From Azolla caroliniana (lineage: Eukaryota > Plantae > Polypodiophyta), in contig JBHGNT010000002.1 in NCBI GenBank assembly GCA_043228905.1, positions 8,618,001-8,682,000 of the forward strand: a stretch of DNA of 64,000 nt, in the 5' to 3' direction. Shown here in pieces: positions 44,401-57,300 of the stretch (its first letter is position 1; every line of letters starts with the position of its first letter). The position numbers and the translations under genes were made by a program. The notes below the pieces were generated by a model that was given only the letters and a program-made list of their open reading frames with translations, was not told where the DNA came from and ran no database searches.

Positions 44401-47400
44401 TCAACGCTCGAGTCACTGAACCTCAGCTCAGACGAGAACCCGTGTACAGTACGAATCGCTAATAACTTACCAGCCAACGAACGGTCAGCCTTGATACGCC
44501 TGCTCACGGAGTATTAGGATGTATTCGCATGGTCTTACACTGATATGAAGGGATTGGATCCCCAATTTTACCAACACCAAGTACACCTCCTACCGGACAC
44601 TCGACCGATCCAACAATGACAGTACCGTATGAACCCCAACTATGCGGCTAAGGTCAAAGAGGAAATTGACAAACTCCTTCGAGTAGGCTTTATACGCCTA
44701 GTAAAAAGAGCCACATGGTTAAGCCCAATCGTCGTGGTCCCCAAGAAAAAGGGGAAAATCCGCGTTTGCGTTGATTACCGTAAACTCAATGCTGCGACAA
44801 TCACGGATGGGTTTCCTCTTCCGTTCATGGATAGTGTCCTCGACACGGTGGCTGGTCATGAATGCAACAGTTTCCTCGATGGGTTCAATGGTTATAATCA
44901 AATCAGAATGCACCTGAACGATCAGGAGAAAATGGCGTTTATCACGGAATGGGGTGTCTTCGTGGCCGAGGTAATGATGTTTCAGATTAAAAACGGCACC
45001 GGCCACATTCCAATGTATCATCACAGAGATTTTCAACGAGTATATCCCGACGTTCATGCAAGTGTTCCTCGACGACTTTGCCGTGTATGGCCAGCGGGTG
45101 GAACATATGACCCAACTATGCCTTTATCTCGAGCGATGTTGACACGCTCGGTTGAGCTTAAATCCGGCAAAATGCGTGTTCTTGGTATCAAGCGGCAACC
45201 TGCTTAGGCACATAGTCAGCTAGGATGGTATCGCCATGGACCCGGATAAAGTGCATGCCATTCTGAATGCTCCCGCACCCTCTACCGCTAAGCCTCTCAA
45301 CCGATTCCTGGGCCAAATTAGATGGCATAGCTGGATGTTACGACACCTAGCCGACTTCGCGACTCCTTTGCACGCGGTGGTGCATAGACTCCCCTTCTAG
45401 TGGTCTTCAATAGAAGACGAAGCATACCAAGCCTTGAAGTTAATGCTCTCCCATGCCCCTGTGCTATAGCCACCAGTCTGGTCGGAACCTTTTCACGTCT
45501 TTGTAGATGCATCAGATATAGCCATCGGCAGCGCGCTCATGCAGCGCACACCACCAAATTGGTACCGGCCAGTATATTACGCTAGACGACGACTCTCGGC
45601 TGCGGAAAAGAACTATTCAACAACTGAACGCAAGGCCCTCGGTATGGTCTACAACATCAACAAATTTTGGCATTACCACTTGGGCCGGAACTTCACATTC
45701 CACGTCGACCACTCGGCCCTCCTCTACTTGGTTAATAAGCAGGCCCTCACAGGTCACCTGGCCCGATAGATGCTTCTGCTACAGGAGTTCGATTTTTAGA
45801 TTTAGCACCGGCCCAACATCCAACACGCCGTAGCTGACTACCTAAGCCGCCTCGAGTCAGGCAAACCAGCCAAGTCCACATACGATGATTTACCTGACGT
45901 CGCCCTTTTGAGTCTCGCAATGGTGCCAGACGAAAATGAGGACGAATGGATCGTAGAGATGACCCATTTTCTCAGCACCGGCCTTCCTCCTGACCACTTG
46001 ACCCTCGACGCTCAGAAACAACTAGCTGTCAAGAGCCGAAACTTTTGTCTCGTCTCCGACACCCTCTACCACAAAGCCTCGGACAACATCTGGGGCCATG
46101 CAATCCGTCACTTTGAGAAACCCACAATCCTCCAGGAGGCACATCATGGAATCGTGGGGGGACATTACGCTAGAGAGGCCACGACAAGAAAAATATGGCA
46201 GAGTGGCTTATGGTGGCCCACAACAAAAAACGATGCTCATGAAGTCTGTCAACAATGCGATCTATGTCAACGCATGGGACAACCGATCGAGCAGGCCCGG
46301 ATGCCGCACCAACGCATTCTTCCATTAGAGCCATTTAAAAAGTGGGGGTTAGATTTTGTAGGACCTTTCAAACCAGCCGCGGCCCGCACTGGTAACAAAT
46401 ACATCATCGTGGCCACGGACTATTGCACAAAATGGGTCAAGGCTAAGGCACTACAGGACAACACAACTGCATCCACAACAAAATTCGTATACAAACATCT
46501 ATGGTGCTGATATGGATGCCCAATCGAGCTCATTAGTGACCAAGGCAGGCATTTTATAAACCACATAATTCGCGAGCTCACTACACACTACGCGGTCGTA
46601 CGTAAGAAAAGTACGCCGTACTATCCACAGGCAAACGGATTGGCGGAGTCTACTAATAAAATTTTGCAAACAATCCTGAAAAAGATCCTCAATGAGAACC
46701 GCACTGATTGAGATTGTAAAGAATCAAGAGATGGATTCTTGTGAAGCGGAATAGGTGTGAACTGTGTGTGTGTGCGTATGAGATAGAGATAGAGAGAGAC
46801 ACACACAGAGTAATGGAAGGTTAAGTATATTTAACAAAGGAGAAAGACACAACACAATACAAGGTGGGAGGAGGGTGCTTTATATAGTCACCCTCTCTCT
46901 TCATTAACTACAAGACTCATGGAGCATGGGGAATGTGAAAGCTCATAAGTTATGTGTCATGGAATATGATTCTATGACTCATACTAAATGCTAGAATACA
47001 AAGAGGTGACATAATGGTGACTCTTGACTGTTGGAGTGTCTATTCACTCTCAAGGTGAGTTCACACACTAGACCAAGTTGAGCTTGATTCTCAACACGCC
47101 CCCTCAAGCTCAAGTTGGGTCGGTTTCAGACGGTATCCGAAATCCGCTTCGACTTGCGTTTCGGAGTCCGTGTCGACTCACATCGACTCGCATTTATGCG
47201 GAATCTGTGCTCCAGCTTGCATTGTGCGTAGTTGCGAAGTCTGTGCTTCGGCTTGCGTCTTTCTTCGCGGCTTTGCGCGGTAGATTGGCTCTTCGTGGCT
47301 TCGTTGCGTGGTTGCGTAATCCACGTGTTATTGCATAGTGAGCGCGGTTTGCGGAATCCACGAGTTATTGCGTAATGTCTTCAATACTCCCCCTCAAGCT

Positions 47401-50400
47401 TGGTAGGTCAGGGATCGTCAATTCGAGGTTGGTCATGAATTGCCATAGCTTGTCGGCTCCTAAGGCTTTAGTGAAGATGTCGGCCGTTTGAAGATTGGTT
47501 CTAATATGTTGTAGGTTGACATCACCAGCTAGAATGCACTCTCGGATGAAGTAATAGTGCACTTCGATGTGCTTTGTCCGCGCGTGGAACACCGGGTTCC
47601 GAGCCAGATAGATACTGCTAATGTTGTCGCAGTAAAGGGAAGTCGGATCCTTGATGGGTACGCCCACATCCTTCAAAATCCTCTTGAGCCATACGGCTTC
47701 ACACGCAGCTATGGCTGCGCCCGTGTATTCCGCCTCTGTACTCAAAAGAGCGATGGTAGGTTGCTTCTTGGTACTCCAGGATATTGCTCCGCTATCGAGG
47801 GAGAAAACGAATCCAGAGGTTGATCTTCTATCGGCTTTGTAGCTGGCCCAATTGGCGTCTGTGTACCCCTCGAGTCGTATTGGCATCGCGATCTTGTAGA
47901 GGATGCCGCAATCCATTCTGCCGCTCACGTATCGTAGAACTCGCTTAGCGCAATCCAAGTGAGTATCACGCAGTGGTTGCATGAATTGGCTAAGGAGACC
48001 AATTGGATAACTGAGATCGGGTTGAGTGATCGTGAGGTAGATGAGACTCCCGATGAGTTGCCGATACTAAGTCGGCTCACACGCTTTGGTGCCGGAGTTC
48101 GCATCTAGTTTAATATTTCGATCGAGCGGGGTTGTCGTGGATTTGCACTCAGCCATACCGAACTTGTATAACAAGTTGAGGATGTAGTGCCGTTGAGAGA
48201 TCATGATTCCGGCCGGAGTTCGAATTACCTCGATGCTGAGGAAGTAGTGGAGCTCCTTCATATCCGTCATCTCGAACTTGTCGGAAAGGAGGGATTTGAC
48301 CTTATTGATTTCGATGAGATGCTCACCTCCAATGACTAGGTCATCCACATATAAGATGATGACGATCGGACTTGCGGAATCGCTTCGTATGTAGAGGGAG
48401 TTGTCCGATTTTGACATACGGAAGCCGATTTGATGAAGATATTGCGTTATTTTCGAATGCCAAGCACGCGGTGCTTGCTTGAGGCCGTAGAGTGGCTTCT
48501 TGAGTCGGCATACAACTTTCGGATGGGTGCTCGTGTTGAAGGTGGGTGGTCTTCTAATTCTCCTTGTAGAAAGGCGTTCTTGACGTCCATTTGATGGAGG
48601 TGCCACCCTTTCGCTACGGCAAGCGCAATTACGGTCCGCACCGTCGTCATCTTTGCCACCGGGGAAAAGGTCTCTTCGTAGTCGACGCCATGCGTCTGAG
48701 CGTAGCCTTTCGCTACCAGTTGAGCTTTGTAGCGTTTTACGGAGCCATTTGCGTTATACTTCACCTTGTAGATCCATCTGCATCCAATCGCCTTTTTGTG
48801 TGGTGAGGTGGAAACGAGATCCCACGTCTCGTTCTTCGGTAGTGCCTGCATCTCCTCGTTCATTGCTTTGATCCATCGTGGGTCCTTCGTGGCTTCCGAA
48901 AAGGTTTCCAGCTCCCGTACTGTCGCTACCTTCATCATAAAGGCGTAATGGTACACCATATAATCGTTGTAGCCGAATTGGCTTACGGGGTTCTTTTCAC
49001 GGGTGGATCGGCGGACTTTTTCATTTGCAGAGATGAGGGCTTCCTTAGCTCCGATTGGTACCTCGAAACCACCGAACTCACTGTCGAGTGAGTGAGCCGA
49101 CTCATTGTCGTTGAAGCGATTGTCTTTGTATTCCGACATTTTCGCCTTGCCTTTGTCCATCTTCGGGCTAGACTGTGATGTGCTGTTGATCGCTCAAAGG
49201 CTCTTGTGGTCTGCTCAATCGGGTCGTGATCGGACTTTCTTCAAATATGCGCATAAGGCGATCTTCATCCTCGATCTCTTGTTCGGTGAATTCCGGGTCG
49301 AGCGGAGTTGGAGTCAGAGTTGTCTCTGGTGCGTACCAGGATGCGAACTCGTCAAAAACGATGTCTCGACTTACTCGAGATTTTCGAGTTGAAGGGTTGT
49401 AGCACTTGTACCCCTTTTGCTCCAATGAGTATCCTACAAGGATACATTTCTCCGACTTCGGGTCAAGCTTTTGATGCTTCTCGTCGGGGATGTGCACGTA
49501 CGCTATCGCTCCGAATATGCGGATGTGCGATAAGTTCGGCTTCTTTCCGAAGTATTTTTCGTGCGGAGTGAACTCATGCACGCCGGATGTTGTGCACTAG
49601 TTCATTAGGTAGACGGCCGTATTTTCAGCTTCGGCCCAATATGACTTGGGCATATGCTTCTTGTTCATCATTGCCCGCGCTACTTCGAGAATGTGCCGAT
49701 TTTTGCGCTCGGCTACCCCATTTTGTTGCGGAGTGTGTCGGCAAGTGAAGTCTCACTGAATTCCTTCCTTTCGGAGATACGTCGTGAAGTCGTCCGAGAA
49801 GTACTCCTTGCCGCCATCTGATCGAAGACAACATACATGTCGGCCCGTGGCTTTCTCGACTTCATTCTTGAAAGTTTGGAAGTGTCCGAAGACTTCGCTC
49901 TTTTGCTGCATCAGGTAGATCCAAGTGTGCCTGGAGAAGTCGTCGATGAAGAGCACGTAATATCGGCATCCGCTGAATGTCGCCGTCTGCGCCAGTCCCC
50001 ATACGTCAAAATGGACTACGTGGAGTAGACCTTTGCTCACGTTCTGCTCTTTCGGGAATGGGTGTCGGTGTTGCTTGCCGAATTGGCACGCTTCGCATAC
50101 ACCTTCAATCTCCTTCTCTTTGAATGTTGGGAGTCCGATGACAATTCCTTTCGATTTCATTGCTTTGAGCTTTTGGAGATTTATATGGCCAATCCGCTTG
50201 TGCCATAACTCTATGTTGGAGTCGGCTTTCATGCCCTTTGCGAACATGGCGGATTTCATCTCGTGTGAGTCGAGAATGAACATTTGGCCCTCTCTTCGTC
50301 CGCGTGCGATGAGTCGGCCCTCTTTTTCAATGAAGCAACCGCCTTGATTAAATCAAACTTGCATCCCTTGCTCTACAATTTGGCCGACGGAGACCAAATT

Positions 50401-51369
50401 CTTCGTAATGGTCGGTACATGCAAGACATTTTTAATGTGATTTTGCTTACCTTCTTTTCCGAACGGAACATTGTCGATGTGCCGAATCAGGTGCATAGTG
50501 TCGTTTCCGGTTTCGACATAGCCGGGTCGGTCCGGCTCTCGATGTTCTCGGAACCATTCTTGATGCGATGTCATCTGGTTCGAGGCACCGGAATCGACGA
50601 ACCATACGTCTTCTGGACCGGAGGCACTAGTTGAGGTAGAGGCCGACATAGAGTTTGCTCTATGTTTCATCATGAACATTCCGCCACGGTCGGAGTTGCG
50701 TGCATACATTCCGCCATGATCTTCGTAGTCGGAATTGTTCCTGTACATTCCGCTATACTCTTCGTAGTCGGAATTGTGTACGTAATTTGTGAGTTGTCGG
50801 CTTGTGGAAGTCAATTCAAGCATCTTCTTTCGGCACTCTTCTCTTCGTGGTGGCCGAACTTTCCGCAATATCCGCATTCGGTTGCATTTTGATGGCTTGG
50901 GCCGGAGTGGAAGCTCCCCCTTCTTGCGAAGGTTCCTCGTTGGCCTCCGTTTTGCGGCTGAAATTGGGAGTTGTTGTCATAGGTCGGACCTCGTCTGCGT
51001 TGTCCTTGGCCGAATCGGCCTCTCGCTCATCCGCGTCCTCTTCCTCCATTAGAGTGCGTGTAGAGCATGTGGCCTTCCGACTCATTGCTCCTTGTACGCA
51101 CGTGGTTTTCTTTGACCAATAGCATTGATTGGAGCTCAAAGAAAGAGGGAGATTTCTCCCGTGCTAGAACGGCGGTTCGCATCGTGCCGAACCGTAGTGA
51201 GAGGCCGCCGAGGCATATTTGCACATCTCATCATCATCTATACTTACGCTTATTGAGCCGAGCGAGTCGCAAAGCTCCTTGATCTTCAAGGTGTATGTCG
51301 TGATGGACATGTCCCTTTGTTGAATGTTGTTCAACTCTTGAATTGGCGGAGTTGAAGTTTCCTCGCAAT

Positions 51370-54300
51370 TGTCATGATATGGCAAGACTCGAACCCATGA
51401 CCTTATGCTACATGGGTTGAGCTCTTGACTATTAGACTATACATTGTAATACGTAGAATATTATTTTCATTTATGTTTTATTATAGAAAATTGATGTATA
51501 TTCCAGATTTCTCTGGAACATTCTAGAAACTTCAGGAGTATTCCTTAGAACACTATTAAAGGAGGCACAAGGCATTATTTCGAACCAAATCGGTTCAACA
51601 CCAGTCTTAAGCCTCCTAGCTACTGTACATTTTCTTCACATAATATATATCTTTTCTTATCATCACTCTCTCTCTCTCTCGATCTCTCTCTCCCTCTCTC
51701 TCACTCACTCTTTCCTTCTCTCGAGAGTTCTTCACTTCTCTTAGTCCTAATACTTCTTTTAGTACTAATTCCTTCTCTGTCTTAGTACTGTTCCTGACAG
51801 TTCTTCACCTCTCTTAGTACTAATACTTCTTTTAGTACTAATTCCTTCTCTGTCTTAGTACTGTTCCTGACAGTTTGAACCGATTTGCCTTACCTTCTGT
51901 CTCTCTCATTTCCTACTAATCTCTTATTCCTCTTTTCTTTCATCCCATGGCCACTGTTAGCGCTGAAGAATATCAATCTGTTTTCTCGGAATTTCAATGC
52001 TTGAAAGAGAAGTTCCATGCTTTGGAACAAGAAAACCAACGGTTGCTGGGGGATCTTCAGCAAATCTCCTTAGAAAAGCAGCAAACGCAACAACAACATG
52101 GGGAACTTGCGTTACGCGTGCAACAACTCGAAGCCACCATCGTAGCGATGCAACAACAAGGGCCCGGAACACAAGGGATTCATAAAGAACCCAAGATTGG
52201 CCTTCCCACGAAGTTCGATGGAACGCGATCGCAGTTTAGAGGGTTCCTTAACCAGGTACGATTAGTTATTCAAATGCATCCTTCCCGATATCCCACCGAT
52301 GCATCACGAGTGGGTTTAGTAGGCACTTTGTTAAGTGGCTCAGCGTTGGCATGGTTCGCTCCACTATAAGAAAAGGAATCTCCGTTACTCAACAATTTTG
52401 AAGAGTTTCTAGGTGAGTTTAAAGCATGTTTCGGAGATACTGACAGCATCAGGACCGCAATCAACAAAATTCGGCGATTACGCCAAGGTGACTGTCCAGC
52501 CTCTGCATACGCTGCAAAATTTCGCCTACTCGCCACCGATATCCCTTGGGATGATCAAGCGTTGATGGAGCAATTCCGTTATGGTTTACGCAACGACGTC
52601 AAGGATTTACTCTTGACCTTCCCCGAAGAGCCAAAGTCCTTAACAGAAGCAATTAGTCGCGCGGTGAGATGTGACAACCGCCTCTTTGAGCGACGTTCGG
52701 AACGACAGCTACAAATGCTGAGGGCAAGATCAGAGCCCACCTACGCCTCAGTGGTATCAAGACCTTTTCCGAGGGAGTCATATAATGCGCCTCCAGCGAA
52801 TACTCCGACTCCGATGGAGATTGACACTACACGTCGTCGAGGGCCATTATCCGAAGAAGAAAAGCAACGACGCCGTACAAATCGACTATGTCTTTACTGC
52901 AGTGGACCAAGACATATTGCAATAAATTGCCCCCATAGGCCAAGAAGACAGGTAAACCAAATAGTTGCTCGTTCTAATTGTACTAAACCCGAGCCTATTT
53001 CAGTAGGGATATATGATTGTCCTAATAGTACTAATAGCCCAGATCTAGCGAACAGATTTGATGTCCTTAGTCAGTTAGAAGAAGAGTTAAAAGACTAAGT
53101 CCAGCCAAAATAGGAGCCGTTAGTGATGTGTTTGTAGCCCAAGTAATAGTTAGTACTAAAAGTACCCCTCTAGTACATGTCCTAGCACTCCTAGATTCCG
53201 GAGCTAACTCTTGCTTTATGGATAAGAAATTTGCTCAAGCTCATAAGATATCCCTAACAAAACTCCAGTGTCCAGCCTCTGTACTAGTCATTGATGGACG
53301 TCCCATTGCTTCCGGAAATATCATAGAAGAGTCAGAGCCCATTAATATTGTCCTAGATAACTTAGCATGTGTAGTATCATTTAATATTATTAGTATCCCA
53401 GAACATCCCATAGTTTTAAGATTACCGTGGTTCGAGTTCCATAACCCAGACTTAGATTGGAGAACAAGAGAAATCCGGTGTCGACAAATCCAAGGGTCAA
53501 CTCAGAAGATGGCAACCATTTCGCTATGTCAGTTGCGTAAAGAAGGGCGCAAGGAAGAAATGTTCCTCTTTGCAATATCAGTAAACCTATTATAGATCTC
53601 GGTACTAAAGTAAGCTTAAGATAAGGATAAAGAAATGAAAGATAGAAAGGAGAAAGAGAAAGAAGGGTGCCGATCCACCCGACCACCCCCGAGCGAAGGG
53701 ATCGAGACGGACTCGAGCCTTGATCGGCGTCCCATACCACCGCCGTGGCGTCGAGTCGTACCTGGTGCTGGCGCGCTCGCTACAAGAGTTGACCCACCAC
53801 ACGAGCAGAGTCTCGATGTAGTCAAAAGATGATCAAATGAGGGTAGCTAGGCCTCTTATTTATAGCGATACCCAAGGCCCCCAAGCAAGTTCACACTTGA
53901 CCTAATGGGTTGTCTCAATCCCGAGGATTAAAAGTAATCCTCCCCTTCTTTACACTCTCGTTTAACCCTCACACTTATCCACATGTATAGAATACTACGG
54001 TAAATTCTTACCACGGGATATTATATGGTCATGCCCGTAACATACTCCCCCTCTTTAAAACATTGCACTCTTGCAATGGAAAGTTAGGGAAGTTAGTTCT
54101 AAGAGTATTTTCGCGTTCCCATGTGGCATCTTTTATTGATTTATCCATCCATTTTATTTTAAATTCTCGGATTTCTTTAGTACGTAATTTTTTTGTTTTA
54201 ACATCAAGAATTCTTTCTGGTACATGTGGTTTAGAAGATAATTCTTTAGAAGTAACCAGAGTTTCAGTCGTAACTGTATTGTCGCCAGAACCTAGAAGTT

Positions 54301-57300
54301 CTTTTAGATGACTCACATGAAAGACTGGATGAATTCCGACACCATCGGGAAGAGTGAGACGATAGGCTGATGACCCAATGCGTTTGAGGACTGTAAAAGG
54401 TCCACAAAACCGTGGGGCTAACTTAGCGCACTTACCCGTAGACAATGTCTTAGAATTGTGAGGTACACGTAAAAATACCTTCTGTCCAGGGTTGAATACA
54501 TGAGGTTGCCTATGATGATCGGCATAAAAACGCGCTCTATCTTGAGCTGTTTTTATATTATCTCGTGCAATATGCAACATATCTTGCATATCCCGAAGAA
54601 AGTTTTGCGTACTTCGCAACTCATCATGATGTATATTAACATCAATCGGGGCTCGTGGCTGAAAACCATACATCAACATAAAAGGACTATATCCCGTCGA
54701 CGTATGCTTGGAGCTGTTATAAGCAAACTCCAGAATTGGGAGATAACGTTCCCATTTTGTTGGTTTTGCACCAACGTATGCTCGAAGCATGTCCTCAATA
54801 ATTTGATTTACTCGTTCTGCCTGTCCATCGGATTGAGGATGATCCGTGGAGCGCATGCTCAACGTAGTTTCTAACTTCTTAAAGACTTGTGTCCAGAAGT
54901 CACTAGTAAACTTTGGATCTCGATCACTCACGATATCCATCGGTAACCCATAAAAACGAAACAATTCGTCAACGAATTGGTAAGCCAATTCAGGAGCTGT
55001 TACTGTGGTTTTAGTAGCAATAAATCTGGCCATTTTAGTTAGTCGATCGACGACAACCCAGATGGCATCATGACCTTTTTGGGTGCGAGGAAGGCTAACA
55101 ATAAAATCCATGGATATACATTCCCACTTATTATTGGGAATGTCCAAGGGATGTAAAAGTCCTGCGGCTTTAAGTCGCTCGGCTTTGTTAACCTAACACT
55201 GGTGACATTTAGTCACATAGCTATGTATGTCAGGACGCATCTTAGGCCAATAAAATTGAGTGGAGATGAGAACGAGTGTACGATGTATTCCAGGGTGCCC
55301 TACTGAGGGTGCATCATGGCATTAAAAAAGAATCCTCTTTTTGACCTCGGGTAAATCTGGAACACAAACCTTCCCATTACGGTAGAGCAAACCGTTAGCA
55401 ATGTGGAAGTATTCCTTCGAGGATGTGGTGGTGTCTGTTCCAGACTCAACTCTTGCCCAGTATTTTGCGAAATAACTGTCATCAGGATACTTTCCTCGAA
55501 GGTGATCATAAAGATCTGATGATATTGCAGTGAAGCTAAGCATGTTAACTTCATGGATGCGACTTAGTGCATTAGCGACAGTGTTCATGGAACCTTTACG
55601 ATATCGTATGGAAAAATCAAAGTCCTGGATGAGATCAGCCCATCGTGCCTTACGACCTTTCTGGTCTTGTTGGTCACAAAAATATTTCAAGGACTCGTGG
55701 TCCGTAGTTACCACAAAGTGATTTCCATAAAGATAATGGCGCCATGTTTTGAGCGCATGTATAACTGCAAATAATTCCTTTTCTTGAACGGTATACCGAC
55801 ATTGAGCAGAATCAAGTTTCTTACTCTCGAATGCTATTGGTTTAAACCATCTTGATACAAGACAACACCTATAGCATTATCGCTTGCATCGGTTTCAACC
55901 TTAAAAGGTTTTGAAGGATCAGGTAAAAGAAGTGAAGGAGCCTTGCAAACCAGGTCCTTGAGTTCCTTAAAGGCAAGGTCTAGTGTAGCATTCCACACAA
56001 TAGGTTTTGTAGACTTACGCGTTTGACCTTTTAAAAGATCAGTAAACGACGTCGTCAATTGGGAGTAATTACGAAGAGACTTTCGCAAAAACCCCACAAA
56101 ACCAAGGAATGATCGAACTTCTCGAATATTCCGAAGAGTGGGCCAAAGCTTGATTTTCTCAATGCGAGAAGGATCAATTTCAACTCCTTGTTCGGTTATG
56201 AAATGTCCTAGATAAGTAATTGATTTCTTGAAGAACTCACATTTTGAGATCTTCGCATAAAACTGTTTGTCACGCAATGTTTGTAAAACAAAGCGGACAT
56301 GTCTAGCATGTTCTTGTAATGTACGGCTATAAACTAAAATATCATCCAAGAAAATAACGACAAATTTTCCAAGTTGTTCTCGGAAAATGTCATTCATTTC
56401 TTGTTGAAAAGTAGCCGGAGCATTGGTCAAACCAAAAGGCATAACCAAAAACTCGTAATGGCCATAGCGCGTACGAAATGCCGTTTTAGGAACATCGTCC
56501 TCACTTATTCGTATTTGATGGTAGCCAGTACGGAGATCAAGTTTCGTAAAATACCGAGCTCCCTGGAGACGGTCAATTAGATCGTCAGCCCGGGGCAATG
56601 GATACGAATTCTTGATCGTCACTTTATTCAAGCGTTGGTAATTAATACACATACGCCATGTGCCCTCTTTCTTTTTAACCAAGAGAACTGGTGCACACCA
56701 TGGAGATTTACTATAACGTATATAACCCATTCGTAAATAGTCCTTGAGTTGCTTAGATACCTCATCTTCTTCGGATCGACTTAAGCGATACGGAGGTATA
56801 CTTATTGGTGCAACACCAGGTACAATATCTATACAATGGTCTATATTACGTTTAGGAGGTAACCCATCAGGTAGTTCACTTGGAAAAACACCATGAAAAT
56901 CATTTAAGATTTCATCAAGTTGTTGTTGTTCAAAATATGTTAATTGAATCGGGACATTATCGATATTGTAAACGTGAATGTCCGGATCAAAGTACACAAT
57001 AAAATAACGTAGAACAAGACAACTCGGATATTGATGGACACGAGGAAACAATCGAGAGGGATTGTTTTTTTACACATTGAATAAAATGTGTACAATCATT
57101 CAGTACAAAAGAAATGGAATGACGAACCCAATCAATAAATAAAGAAGAGTTTTTATTATAAAACCAGGGATAACCCAGTATTACATCGGTGGTACAAAGA
57201 TTCATTACATGGAAGTCTACTTCCTCTATATAAGTATCAATAGAAATTTCTAATGAATGAATCGCCCCGTTGATGTATTGTACTCTTCCATCAGCCAAGT

